63,653 nt of DNA, filler included, from Octopus bimaculoides (GCF_001194135.2; 5 parts of 5 records of this genome joined end to end with filler, not necessarily neighbours in it); one strand, 5' to 3'. Counted from the whole stretch's first letter, positions 13,641-27,264 are shown. Notes: a model not told the origin generated them from the sequence alone. Translations and numbers: made by a program.

Positions 13641-13814
13641 TTTAGTTCCCAAGGACATTCATGATGACATGCTTGCTACATTAGGTGATGACGCTGCAGT
13701 GCTGTCGACTGTGCAAAAATGGGCAGATGAATTTAGGAGGGGAAGGGAGAGTGTTAAAGATGACCCAAGATCTGGACGTTCTACAACTGCCACCACCGAG
13801 GAAAATATTGACCG
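13637..13814 (+). mobile_element. Inverted N-terminal fragment of a mariner transposase
   Basis: + strand GLVPKDIHDDMLATLGDDAAVLSTVQKWADEFRRGRESVKDDPRSGRSTTATTEENID, back-to-back with the minus-strand catalytic half. Confidence 0.85.
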
Positions 13815-15460
13815 AAGATTGTAGATTACTGTGAAATAGTATTGGTAGCTGATGATTCAGTTACTAAATTTGCTGAAAATTCTGTTGGAAGATATACAGT
13901 GTTGTTTGGTCATGAATTTAAAATTTCCTAGAAATCTTTAAAAACGAGGTTTGATTCAAATTTGTATCGCCTTGTTATACATTACAAATGAATAAAGAAA
14001 AAGTGTTCTTTTTTAACATATATATTCATCCTACCTTAATAAGATATCGGCGGTGGCATTTCAAAGTCACAGTCAACAACAAAGAAAAAGAAGAAGAAGA
14101 AGAAGAAGAAGAAGGAGGAGAAGAGAAGGAGAAAGGAGAAAATTTAGATGTACATGTAGGAGTGTTAGTTAAAATATTTNNNNNNNNNNNNNNNNNNNNN
14201 NNNNNNNNNNNNNNNNNNNNNNNNNNNNNNNNNNNNNNNNNNNNNNNNNNNNNNNNNNNNNNNNNNNNNNNNNNNNNNNNNNNNNNNNNNNNNNNNNNNN
14301 NNNNNNNNNNNNNNNNNNNNNNNNNNNNNNNNNNNNNNNNNNNNNNNNNNNNNNNNNNNNNNNNNNNNNNNNNNNNNNNNNNNNNNNNNNNNNNNNNNNN
14401 NNNNNNNNNNNNNNNNNNNNNNNNNNNNNNNNNNNNNNNNNNNNNNNNNNNNNNNNNNNNNNNNNNNNNNNNNNNNNNNNNNNNNNNNNNNNNNNNNNNN
14501 NNNNNNNNNNNNNNNNNNNNNNNNNNNNNNNNNNNNNNNNNNNNNNNNNNNNNNNNNNNNNNNNNNNNNNNNNNNNNNNNNNNNNNNNNNNNNNNNNNNN
14601 NNNNNNNNNNNNNNNNNNNNNNNNNNNNNNNNNNNNNNNNNNNNNNNNNNNNNNNNNNNNNNNNNNNNNNNNNNNNNNNNNNNNNNNNNNNNNNNNNNNN
14701 NNNNNNNNNNNNNNNNNNNNNNNNNNNNNNNNNNNNNNNNNNNNNNNNNNNNNNNNNNNNNNNNNNNNNNNNNNNNNNNNNNNNNNNNNNNNNNNNNNNN
14801 NNNNNNNNNNNNNNNNNNNNNNNNNNNNNNNNNNNNNNNNNNNNNNNNNNNNNNNNNNNNNNNNNNNNNNNNNNNNNNNNNNNNNNNNNNNNNNNNNNNN
14901 NNNNNNNNNNNNNNNNNNNNNNNNNNNNNNNNNNNNNNNNNNNNNNNNNNNNNNNNNNNNNNNNNNNNNNNNNNNNNNNNNNNNNNNNNNNNNNNNNNNN
15001 NNNNNNNNNNNNNNNNNNNNNNNNNNNNNNNNNNNNNNNNNNNNNNNNNNNNNNNNNNNNNNNNNNNNNNNNNNNNNNNNNNNNNGTAAAGCTTTGTAGA
15101 AGCTTTGTCGTGTTAAAAAATGGTTCTCACAAAAGTATTAAAAAACAGTTATACAGTCTTTGATAATGATAAGAAAAAGTGAAACCGGTCAAGTCAATAG
15201 ACATCTCTAAAAGACCTTTGCATTTTCAAACCTTCTTTCATATATATTTTCACTCGTGCGGTACCTTACAACTTTACTTTTTTATACACACACGCGCACG
15301 CGCGCACACACACACACACACACACATGTACATATGCATACACACCCACATATATATAAAATACACTTGAATGGAAATAAAGTTTCCCCAAAATTAAACA
15401 TATCTAATATTATACATGTGAATGTCAGTGTGTCACATTTTTTCGACTTTGATAAATTCA

Positions 15461-15672
15461 TTCTACTGGAAGCACAAGGTCTTAAATTTTGGGGGAAGGG
15501 ATTAAGTCAATTACTTCGAGCCAGTTCGTAGCTGGTACTTATTTTGTCAACTCCGAAAGTATGAAAGGCAAAGTCGATCTCGGAGGAATTCGAACTCAAA
15601 ACCTAACGGCGGACGAAATACCGCTAAGCATTTCACCCGGCGTGCTAACGATTCTGCCAGATCACCGCCTTA
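15461..15672 (-). mobile_element. tRNA-derived SINE, family A (CORE-type, octopus OK/OR-like)
   Basis: rc of TAAGGCGGCGAGCTGGCAGAATCGTTAGC..GAGTTCGAATTCC..TTTCATCCTTTCGGGGTCGA..; multiple copies in this window. Confidence 0.85.
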
Positions 15673-15797
15673 ATACAATTTAATAATATGATATAATATA
15701 ATATAATAAATGTGAATGTGAGTGTGTCAGTGTGGCATACATTTTCGACTTTACTCCTAAAGGCCGTAGCCCAATATATCATACCATTTTGGTATCA

Positions 15798-16088
15798 GGC
15801 CGACTCCGTGAGTAAATTAAAAACATTCCAGGACGAATCCAGACCAACAATCCTGAAATTTCGGATTCCCAAGTTTTCATTACTGTTATTGTTTCCGCAA
15901 TTTTTTTACGTGACATTTTGCGACAAATTTTTTTGTGCAATAACAATTTTTATAATGTAAAGGCCAACCCTGAGAGTAAACTAAAAATATTCCGAGCCGA
16001 ATCCGGACCTGCAATCCTGAAATTTTGGATGCCTATGTTTTCATTACTACGATCGTTTTCGGCGAATTTTTGGCATGATTTTTTGCGA
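15798..16088. repeat. Two-copy tandem repeat, 164-bp period
   Basis: GGCCGACTCCGTGAGTAAATTAAAAACATTCC..TTTTGCGAC at 15798 is repeated with divergence at 15962. Confidence 0.75.
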
Positions 16089-16188
16089 CGAATATGATCA
16101 TGATTGGGATACGAGACTGGAGGAAGAAATTGCAACAAATTCTCCAAAACTTGTGAGAGATCGGNNNNNNNNNNNNNNNNNNNNNNNN

Positions 16189-16490
16189 TGAGTGTTTATT
16201 GAGCGAAAACACCTAAAGCTCCACGAGGCTCCGGCAGGGGTTGGTGGCGAACCCTGTTGCACTCTTTCACCACAACTTTCTCTCACTCTTACTTCCTGTT
16301 TCTGTTGTGCCTGTAATTCAAAGGGTCAGCCTTGTCACACTGTGTCACGCTGAATATCCCCGAGAACTACGTTAAGAGTACACGTGTCTGTGGAGTGCTC
16401 AGCCACTTGCACGTTAATTTCACGAGCAGGCTGTTCCGTTGATCGGATCAATTGGTACCCTCGACGTCGTAAGCGACGGAGTGCCAACAA
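16189..16490 (+). mobile_element. SINE family F, 5' end lost in a gap, (CAA)n tail
   Basis: TTGAGCGAAAACACCTAAAGCTCCACGAGGCTCCGG..GACGGAGTGCCAAC followed by (CAA)n. Confidence 0.65.
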
Positions 16491-16768
16491 CAAACAACAA
16501 CAACAACAAATACCAGATTAAAAGCCATCCGATATATATGATAGGCTACTTTCAGTTTCTGCTTACAGAATCCACGCACAAGGTATTAAAAGGCTCGAGG
16601 CTACAGTAGAAAAGTGTCCAAGGTTCCTCGTAGTGGGGTTGAAACCAGAACTACGCTTTTGGGAAGAAAATTTCTTACCACACAGCTATGCCTGCGCCAA
16701 TATATATCATACAAACGTACGCATACACATAAGAGTACAAACTTAGAGAACAAAGTTTGTGTGTGTGT

Positions 16769-16811
<43 letters not shown>

Positions 16812-17172
16812 GAGAAAGAAAGAGAGGGAGAAAGTAAGGGAAAGAAGAAGAAGGAGATGGGAAAGATGGATAGAATCCGAGAGAATTGGCAGAAAAGAAA
16901 AAGAGGAAGTAAAATAAGTAAAGAAAAATAATATTAAGTAACCATATAAAAAAAAGCAATATTTTGATGACATAATCAAAAATAGCTGAAAGCATAAAAC
17001 TGGGGAAAATATTGTCAGAAGCCAAGGAAATGCGTGATAAACATTGGAAGATCGTTCGTCTATTGAAAACGGATTATGAAGATCTTCCAAAAAATAATTT
17101 CATGAAGAATTTACGTGTGAGCGTGTGTATGCGAGTGTGTGCTGTGCGTGTTTGCTTGTTTGTTTGTTTGTT

Positions 17173-17213
<41 letters not shown>

Positions 17214-17490
17214 GCGTGCATGCGCACGCGTATGGATAGGGATGTATATCTGAATATATATATGATACACACAGATCCCGTATATATAGAAACATATACA
17301 CGCACACGCACACACACACATATAAACACACACACCTGCATATATATATACATACATATATATACATATATATGCATATATATATATATATATATACACA
17401 TACACACATCTATATATATATATAATATACATATACGTGCATGCATACATATGTATGTGTGTCTGTATATTTATGCACACGCATATATAT

Positions 17491-17536
<46 letters not shown>

Positions 17537-18978
17537 GCATATATAGGTACATATATGCGCACACACATATATACATGTGTGGTTGTGTGTGTTTTTTCTA
17601 TGTCTGTGTATGTGTGTATGTTGTGTATTTAGTATTCATTTAGGACGCAATAGGACTTCATGTTTTGTTCAACTTGTTCAACAGTGAATTTTCTACCAAT
17701 GATTCAGATTTTATGATTTTATTCATTTATTTTTTTCACGACAAAACTGGTGTTTACATATGATGGTATCACGAGTTATTAATAGACGAGCTAAGACTAT
17801 TTATTTTCTAGTTGAAAGTTGAGGTGATAAGTTTGTACGTATATGTGTGCTTAAGCATTTGTATTTGAAGTGATGGAATTCTGGTTTAAGCATACTATAT
17901 AAGCCTTTATAACTTTTTTAATTTTTGGAATTTTCAGAAAATTTTTGCGAATTTGTGTTTTCCATACTGGAATTCACCCGATAAAAAAAATTGCATGTGA
18001 TTTAAGGACAATTTAGCAGTGGTTTTTAGCACATCTCTTGACCAACCGATACCATTCTCTTTTCTCTGTCACTGACATGTTTTCCAATATTTTCGATGTT
18101 ATTTAATATTTTTGTCTCTGTAAACATTTAATGGAATGATGATTCACCCAAGGGTTGTCCATTGCTGGGATTTAAGCAAAAGAATTCTGACTGTCCGTAT
18201 TTTAAACTCTGAATTTAAAAACGAAACTGGAAACAGAGTGAAACTTTTAGGATTTATGGAGTGAGGGAGGGTGTGAACACAATTTCTTTTTTCATAGTTG
18301 TATGGATTCCCGTGTATAGAAAACAAATTCGTAAAAGCTTTTCTGAAAATTCCAATAAACAAAAAAAAAATGAGTCGTTATAAGGCGTGTTTAAACCAAA
18401 ATTCCGCCTTTGCAGTAAAGTGTAGACGATAAGATGTAAACAGTGACACACAGACAGACATCGTAGACAGAATCCCCTAAAGAGCTACACCGCTGATTGA
18501 TATAAAGACACTCGCGGATATATTCTATCCTCGGTTACATAGGTGTGGTGTCACCATTTCCTTCCTTCTTTTCCGATGTTATAATGGTCTCTGTTGCTCG
18601 AAGTTGGCTGTGTTCATACCACCTCCACTCATCTCTCCCTCTCTCACCCCTCTTGTTGTGTCCAACCACCCAAGACCGGACTTAATCACCATGCCTTGTG
18701 CTTCATTCCCAGATGCGTCGTTCATATGGAATCCCTCCTTGCTCATATCTCTTTTGAATATATCTATTTACGAAGAACAACGGCATATATCCCGAAAGTC
18801 CATGAAAAACTGCAGAGACCATGGGCATAGACCCGTTCCTCAGACACTGCAGATGAAAAAGAAATCATAATCATATAAATGCATTCTAAATGGTTAATTA
18901 TGCATACAAGTTTATGATTCGTGCAGATACACATACATTTATAGAGGCATATACATACGTATATGTATCTCTCTCCCT

Positions 18979-19022
<44 letters not shown>

Positions 19023-19183
19023 ATCTAAGAAAGTTAGGGGTTGTGAATCCATCCCACCAAGGGATAATATCTATCCAATATAGTGCCGGAAGGATACCCA
19101 ATTATTATTACACTAGTGTTTTTACCAAGTGCAAAAAATGGGTGCGGGTAAAAGGATATTTTACCCTTAATTTATACGTATAT

Positions 19184-19231
<48 letters not shown>

Positions 19232-19723
19232 ACATATATATATATATATTCATACATATACACATACACACACACACACATATATATATATGTACATGTA
19301 TATATGTATATATACATACACATGCACACAGCACATGCAAACGAAAATATAAAGCATTCAATAGATTGAGTGAAGCTTAAATATTTGTATTGATAAAACT
19401 ACAAAACTGTATCAAACTTATAATTCATTCATCTATACAACACACGACCCCCCCCCACTCATACATAAGCATAGGTAAGCACAGGTATGCATACCTATAG
19501 GCATCAATGTATACGTATACATAAGAGTATAAATATATAAGCGCATGCGCGCACGTGTGTATGCGAAAAAAGATAAATCATTATGTGAAAATATTTCTCA
19601 ACGGATATTTCATGTTCAGGAAGCGCAAATAAGAAAAAGAAGCGCAAAAAAGAAAAAGAAGTCACCAAAATGTGCGAAAGATGAATATAAATATAAAATG
19701 TAGGTATGTATGCGGTTGTTGGC

Positions 19724-19846
<123 letters not shown>

Positions 19847-19849
19847 ACA

Positions 19850-20185
19850 ACAAGGTATGCGATAAGGAAGAAAAAAAATCGACAGATATGACAGGTTAGG
19901 TTAGGAGTTTAAGCAGTTGTGGTCGATGAAAAAGGTGGTTGTAGTACCAATAATTGTCGGAGCACTGGGAACAGTGAGTAAAAATCTTGAGAAGTACATG
20001 GAACAAATAGGGGCTGCAATTAGGGTGAAGCACTAGCAGAAAGCAGCACTGCTTGGAACCGCTCGAATACTCCGTAGGTGCTCGAAAAATAAGGGGTGTT
20101 ACCTTGGTTCACTAGTAGTGAACAGCTGACACAGTACTACATCGCCAGCGTTAGAAGCTGTGCAAAGGCAATGATGATGATAATA
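19850..20185 (+). mobile_element. 5'-truncated Dong/R4-type RLE LINE in a (TAA)n/(TGA)n array
   Basis: EFKQLWSMKKVVVVPIIVGALGTVSKNLEKYMEQIG..QKAALLGTARILR; flanked on both sides by TAA/TGA repeats. Confidence 0.85.
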
Positions 20186-20422
20186 ATAATAATATGTATA
20201 TATATTTACGTACAAATGTATATTTGTATATAGATATTTCTATGTATGTGTGTGTGCATGCGTGTAGGCGTGTAAATATAATATATGTATATACATGAAT
20301 GTAAAAGCTAGAATTTAATAACATATAATGTACATATAATGTATATATACGTGTCTGTGTGCGTGTCTGTGTGTGTGTGTGATGTAACTGGGAAATTGAA
20401 TAAAAGTAGGTTGTAAAGTCTT

Positions 20423-20477
<55 letters not shown>

Positions 20478-20869
20478 GTATATCTCTATGGAGGGAACTG
20501 ACAATAAATATTTCCACTACGTTAAAGTTCTGAGTTAATAAAAAAACGTTAAACTTGCACGTATAAATGAAATCGGTACAAATGATACGGAAGAATATCA
20601 TATTTAGAATATAAGTTCATAATTTATCTGTGATTAACAGCTGTTTTGTTAGTAATAAATATGATTAATTTCATAATTATATTATTAAAAGACACAATTA
20701 GCAAAAATAATTTGAAATTAAATTTAGTCAAGGTGATGTCTATCCCAAATTATTGAAAATATTATGAGCTATTTTAATCGGAAACCATTACTGGTTTTAA
20801 AACAAAGTAGACGGAAAGAAATTGGTGAAGGGAGAGAAAATGGTATCTTTTTCCCTTTTCCTGGTTTCA

Positions 20870-21100
20870 GTCAATGTCTGGGAGTGTATGAGTCGCTCAC
20901 AAGCGTACGAGTGATTCAGACGTTTAGAAGATGGCCGAAAAAATGTCGATATTGACGAACGTTCTAGGAGACCTGCAACCATCAGAACTGAGAAAGACAT
21001 CTCAGATGTGCTTGCAGCTGTAAAGGAAAACCGTCGAATCACCATCCGTGAGTTATCAGAGTTGTGCAGATGAATTACAGTTCAATTTAGGCCATTATCA
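20870..21100 (+). mobile_element. Mariner transposase N-terminal HTH remnant
   Basis: SRSQAYE*FRRLEDGRKNVDIDERSRRPATIRTEKDISDVLAAVKENRRITIRELSE; ends at the Helitron-like insertion. Confidence 0.8.
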
Positions 21101-21103
21101 TTA

Positions 21104-23023
21104 TCTATATATATTATATCTACTACATATATGGAAAATCGGTGTGTGTCTGTTTGTGGAGTTGTTAGCTAACTCCTGCATTGTTTTATTGATTTTGATG
21201 AAACTTGACATGTGAGTAGAACTCATGTCTGGAAACCTCGTGACATATTTAGATTGTTGAAAATATCGATCATACAGCCTCTGGAAGGGATCTTTATATC
21301 TACCTCATATAATTAATTTTTTTTAATCACACAAGGAAAATAACCCATAGCGCCAGCACAATATTTTTTTTAACATTCAAGGGAAATAACGTATAGCACC
21401 TGCATTTACAGTTGTTAGTTTTTAGCGAAGCGATCAGTATTTGATTCTCACAATCAGTGGACCTAATTCTGCATTTCACTACTCAAGTTTTGAACTTCTA
21501 AACCTTATTATTGCATTTTTTTTATGCATGTACACTTTCAATGCTCATAGCTCCGATAATTCTGCATTTTTTCAGTTAAAATTTTTCGATGACAGTACAT
21601 TAATTTTTGATTCCAGAACGTATTTAATAAGTGTGTCTCAATACAATGAACGGATACTTTGAATGCTTAAAATTCTTAAAAAATGAAACCAAACTTCCAC
21701 ACCACATTCAGTTGGGTCACCCTATATCACTTATACTTATTTTACAAATCATAATATTTATTTCTTATTTACAGTTCATACAACATTTTCATGAAACTAA
21801 TTGAGCCATCGAATTTAGAAATATTTAAAAAATTTCATTGTTTATGTTCGATTACTTTGAATATTGATTTTTGGTTTGTCCAAATTCTACATTTTGCAGA
21901 CAATATCCCTTTTGCACTTTATTTGACACGTGAGTAGAACTCATGTCTGGAAACCTCGTGACATACTTAGATTGTTGAAAAAAATCGATAATAAGCTCCC
22001 TCGAATGGATCCTTGTATCTACTACATATTACTAATATTTTATTTAAACAACCCAAGGGAAATAACCCATACTGCCTGAAGTTTTTAGCGAAGCTATCAA
22101 TATTTGATTCTCACGATCAACCGACCTAATTCTGCATTTCACTAGTCAGTTTCTAACAGCTAAACATTATTATTGCACTTCCTTCATTTGAATCTTAAAC
22201 CTTAGAGACTTCATTCATACATTTCTATACATACATACATTTTTGGATGCCCATTACTCCGATAATTCTGCATTTTTACAGTTACACTTTTTCCACGACA
22301 GTAGATAAAATTTGTATTCCACAACGTATTTGTAGTAGCTTCATGCAAGCATAGTGTGGATTCGATCCTCGATTGTCAAATTTCACTTAACTTCAACAGC
22401 GCTTTTCCCACGGTAAAACAATAGTTTTTCTGTGAATGACAGCAGTTATACATTTCCCAGATACCTTCACTAAGCAGAGTCATGTCTTTGCCACTTGATC
22501 CTCTAACCTCTTCTAGGTTACCAGGGGCCGGAATGGAGATAACAGACCTCCAATAAAATCATTCGTTCTCAACAATATGTCTATCCTTCTGGCTGCTTTT
22601 CGATAGTTATAAAAACAAGAGCGCCATAAGCTAAAGGCAGTTACTGACAGCGACCATCAGTGAGTGTGAACGTTCTTATTGTACTTTCTTCATTTCATTC
22701 TTAAACATTAAACACTTCATTCATATATTTGTATAGCTATATACTATATTTATATATTACCTTTAATGAATTAGCCTTCATAAAGTTCACCTTTAAAATG
22801 CCACGACGAATCAGAGTATTTTCTCGCCAACCTCCGAAAACCTCTCTCGCCAACCTCCAACAATCTCTCCCTCCTCCAGCTGACATTTTTTTGTACTTTT
22901 GCGCGACGGAAAATACACCTTTTGTTATGGCAGTTATAACGAAATTGCTTTCTTATATCAGAGAAATAAGGCGTTTCAATAGAACATCTTTTCACTTTAG
23001 GAATTACCGGATACACTAGCTAG
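21104..23023 (+). mobile_element. Non-autonomous Helitron-like element with an internal duplication of about 420 bp
   Basis: A|TC 5' start, 3' end CACTAGCTAG|T. 21205-21625 is duplicated at 21923-22331. Confidence 0.7.
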
Positions 23024-23197
23024 TATATATATATANNNNNNNNNNNNNNNNNNNNNNNNNNNNNNNNNNNNNNNNNNNNNNNNNNNNNNNNNNNNNNNNN
23101 NNNNNNNNNNNNNNNNNNNNNNNNNNNNNNNNNNNNNNNNNNNNNNNNNNNNNNNNNNNNNNNNNNNNNNNNNNNNNNNNNNNNNNNNNNNNNNNNN

Positions 23198-23237
<40 letters not shown>

Positions 23238-23422
23238 GCGTGCGTGCGTGCGTGCGTGCGTGCGTGTGTGTGCGTGCGGTCTGATCAGTAAGTATCCGGA
23301 CTACATTATTTACACATATTTACGAATTTAATCAGATATGCATTTACAATCAGAAGAACATTTTATATTTCAATGTTAATTGGTGGACTAGAAAATCTGA
23401 ATACATTAATTTCTTTATCGCT

Positions 23423-23835
23423 ATCGGCTCATTTCACTCTGTTCAGGTATATGACCTATTTGGATGATGTACCTTATTTGAATTATATTGAAATATTCCA
23501 AACCTCGGAGGTGGTTTATCTCATGAAGATTCTTCTGTGACGAACACTATCTACAATCTAACTGAATTAGAAATACTTAGGAAATCCCTACAAAAATGTT
23601 TTAGAAATCACAATTAATCTGTTACCTTTAAGAAAATGATTAAAATTGTAAATTTTCTCGATGTGAACCTTGATTTAAATTTCAGTCTTTATTATCCTTA
23701 TCATAAATCTAATTAAATTCTACATATATAAATAAAATATCCAATCACCCTAGATCCATTATAAATATTTTGGTTAGGCATATTTCAATTAGAATTTTTA
23801 ATTTTTCGGCTAATGAAAGAACATTTAAAGATACC
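23423..23835 (+). mobile_element. Penelope-like element reverse transcriptase remnant
   Basis: IGSFHSVQVYDLFG, VNFLDVNLDL..LYYPYHK, INKISNHPRSII motifs of PLE RT, with stops and frameshifts. Confidence 0.8.
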
Positions 23836-24794
23836 TCAAGCGTATTACATCGATAATCAAGTATTAGGTGGATATGTAAAAAGAAAATACAAACATGCTA
23901 CTAAAGATAGACTGCAACTTAATTTAATAAGCCTAGCTATATTAATACGATTTCTAATGATAAAATTACGAACAATATGCTGATAAATTTACCGCGACAA
24001 ATATCAATAGACAATTCGACTGTAATCGTACTAAAAATGAAAATAGGGTATCGGAAAGATCTAACAATAGAAGTTATATTCTGCCTAGTAATAAATACAG
24101 TCATTTACCGAATAATCCCATAAATGATATTAGGAGTCACTATAAATTTAAATATAATACATTAAACAAAACTCTCCCTGTCTAAACCTCTTAGACCCAG
24201 TACAGACAAGTATATTTTTATAACACACAATCAGAACACCACTTATTATAGAAAATATAATGATGAATGTAAGAATTGCATCTTCAAATACAAAAAATAA
24301 GATCTTTTTGCCTTTTCATAATGATCCAAGATGATAAACCAATAGAAATATTTCTAGTATTTCTAACATTTATAGTAATACACATGATGCTTCCCAATCT
24401 CCACATACAAACATTAAACCATCCAGTAACTAACCTACCAAGGTAAGAAATGACTCTCCTATCACTTAAAATAAGGACTTTTCATTCAATACTACTAGTA
24501 AAATAGAAAACGAAATATTACCTGACATAATATTCCATTTTCAAGAAATGTCAGACCTAGGATTGCACACTAATTCTTTAAAGTTCTTAAAGGAAATTTT
24601 CTCATGAAAACATAAATATTACCAAGTTTTTAAATAAGTCAACCATTAATTCACGGTAGCACTGCCAGGCGAGGAATCTTTGGAAGTTATCCTTGGGCCC
24701 CAGCCCGAAAGTTCTTCCGAACAGACTGTTCAATTGATTATCTTCGACGCCTAGAGTTTCCCCGAGAACGTCGTCGTTTCCTCCACTAACCCTC

Positions 24795-25385
24795 TATAAT
24801 AATAATACCACTGCTTGGTACTGCCCGGATGCAATACCAGGCAGTGGCTCTCATGGCTTCTGCTCTTAATTGATTGGAAGTGTTATCATGTACATTGTTT
24901 TTTCTTGGTATAAAAAGATGGGTTACAGCAAATATTCTGCTTAATACCATAGATTTGCTTGTCAGTTGTTTGACCTTAACCAGTTGAGCATGTCCCTTGG
25001 TGGCTGACGATATATGCATCTCTGATCACGAGCAGAAGTAGTAGGGGACCATCATAGTTATGTGTTGAGATGAATTTTTTGTGGTTTGGATAATTCACCT
25101 TTGGAAAGATGGGTGCTTCGTTCAACATCTTTAGACAACCCTTATTCAGGGACCTTTTGAGCGAGATGCGCTACTCGACCTGAAGAAAATTCTAACTAGG
25201 CCCCACCTGCAAGGTCATGCGCTGATTATCGTGATATGAGATCACCATATCGCACTCATATACTCATATAGTTGCGGTGCATGTGCCTGGTGTACCCTTA
25301 TGAGACGGGTAATCATGATGGGTATACTGGACTTCGTTATTTTACCCTAGTATCACTTTGATGGCATGCACTGCTCTCTTAATAA
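24795..25385. mobile_element. Dispersed repeat family E bounded by (TAT)/(TAG) microsatellites
   Basis: Partial copies at about 33130-33320 (same orientation) and 40250-40345 (opposite orientation); class not determined. Confidence 0.65.
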
Positions 25386-25449
25386 CAATAGTTGTAATAA
25401 TGGTTGTAATAATATTGATAATGGTCATAATGTAGTAGTAGTAGTAGTA

Positions 25450-25514
<65 letters not shown>

Positions 25515-25599
25515 TAAAACTATGAAAATGATAAATGCAGCATAGATAAATATTTTTATTAAGTATAGAATGGAGAGGATAAAATAAACGGAAACAAAA

Positions 25600-26070
25600 A
25601 ATTTCTAATATCAAGGGTAACGCTATTTTAACTGTTTCTAAGAATTCTTCCTTGCAAAACCTGGATAAAAATTCGATGTAATCATTGAGTCGAAGAAAAT
25701 TGCCCACTTAAAGGTCACTGCAAATGTTATCATGTAGTTTATAAACGAACTGTTAAAAACATTTCTGCTAATATCAAAAATGGATATTACATCGCCATTC
25801 ATTTTCCAAGAATACCTCAAAGGACTCTACTTCTCTCCCTAAATATATTTTCAGCTTGAAAACCAAAAGCATTTCTCAGACTAGGAATAGATCATATGAA
25901 AACCTGCAAGACCTTATCAAAGCGGACAAAAAAAAAATTGCCGATTATATATGTGCGAGGTTTCAGAGAATAGTAAAGCTGATCAACGTTCTTTAGTTAA
26001 TTCCGAACACAAGTTTATTGTGAAGTGTGGCATTTTAAACTCTTTTCCCTTCTCTAAATATATTTAACGA
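25600..26070 (+). mobile_element. Penelope-like GIY-YIG endonuclease remnant
   Basis: From 25678: CNH*VEENCPLKGHCKCYHVVYK..YYI, matching the C.C..CPL.G.C..V.Y motif; decayed C-terminal CxLC and KC motifs. Confidence 0.7.
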
Positions 26071-26299
26071 CGAGAAAAAATATTAAAATATTCTATTTTG
26101 CTTTTCATAATGAAGAAAGAAAATCATCAAGCACAAAAGACAAAAGAAAAATGCTTTATAAAAATTCTCAGTTCGAAACTAAACCAAAAAATAGTCAACA
26201 ATGTTACTTAAAACAACTTTCTTTATACAGATTACCCAACAACACGTGTAGTTGAAAAGTTGTATATACCGAAAAGGCTTAAAATATACGCAAACCTCT

Positions 26300-26760
26300 T
26301 TCGAAAAGATTTGTGGCATTCTGATTTTTAAGTGGCTTTCTTTTTAAATAAAATATTTCTTAAATTGTGTCTGTATTAACAATTCTTTCTAAAACCATTT
26401 AAACCTAAATGAATAAAGAGGCAACTCTCATCAATAAATATCTTCCACAACTAAATATGAACACATGACATATTACAGAACACTACTAACCTTTCAATTA
26501 ATACCACTAACCTCCATACATCCCATACACCATTCACATTACAGATCTATATCTACCCTAATTGCACCAAATCCAGAACTACTGACCTCCCCTACACATA
26601 ATCATTTTACTCAGGGACTAGTAGACCTGACACCGTTCAGTAATCGGTGTGCATTCAAAGCAATGATTAGAAACTTTACGAAATCGGTATGCTTTTGAAT
26701 CTCTTTAACAATTCATAATAATGACTTTTATTACTTTTATTCCTACCTCAATTCATCTAA
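26300..26760 (+). mobile_element. 3' end of a second Penelope-like element
   Basis: NKEATLINKYLPQLNMNT* (26412-26468) is a typical GIY-YIG C-terminus; a hammerhead remnant follows about 190 nt downstream. Confidence 0.55.
26653..26700 (+). ncRNA. Degenerate minimal hammerhead downstream of a GIY-YIG remnant
   Basis: ATTCAAAGCA-ATGATTA-G..C-GAAATCGGTA-TGCTTTTGAAT: long stem I, decayed core, near-palindromic A(C>T)CGGT stem III. Confidence 0.45.
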
Positions 26761-26915
26761 TTGTATATATATCTATCGTTACTTATCATAAAAAAGCCTT
26801 TACTTTTTTTGATTTCCAATGTGCATTTTCACTTATTTTTCTTCTTACTTTCCCCTTACATTTCCACATGTAGTTTCTATTTTGTTTTTGTAACATATTT
26901 CTATTGTATATATAT

Positions 26916-27015
26916 NNNNNNNNNNNNNNNNNNNNNNNNNNNNNNNNNNNNNNNNNNNNTTAATTAATTAANNNNNNNNNNNNNNNNNNNNNNNNNNNNN
27001 NNNNNNNNNNNNNNN
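26916..27015. other. Artificial scaffold spacer 44N-TTAATTAATTAA-44N
   Basis: Identical 100-bp structure at 26916, 35516, 58153 and 62503; the 12-mer has stops in all six frames. Confidence 0.95.
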
Positions 27016-27208
27016 ATATATATATACATATATATGTATATATGTGTATATATATATATATATGTGTATATATATGTGTGTATGTGTATGTGTGTGTGTG
27101 TGTGTGTGCGTGTGTGTATTTTTGTATGTATATCTATGTACTCTATACTCTTTTACTCTTTTACTCGTTTCAGTTATTTGATCTTTACCCCTCTCATTTT
27201 TCCTATTC

Positions 27209-27264
27209 GTCTCCGATGACGGAATATCCCGTACACTGAGATATTTCAGAAACAGCTGTAAGTC
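27209..27264 (+). ncRNA. Hammerhead-like motif with long stem II
   Basis: GTCT-CCGATGA-C-GGAATATC(11nt)GATATTTC-A-GAAACAGCTGTA-AGTC; palindromic ACAGCTGT stem III, GUA triplet. Confidence 0.55.
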
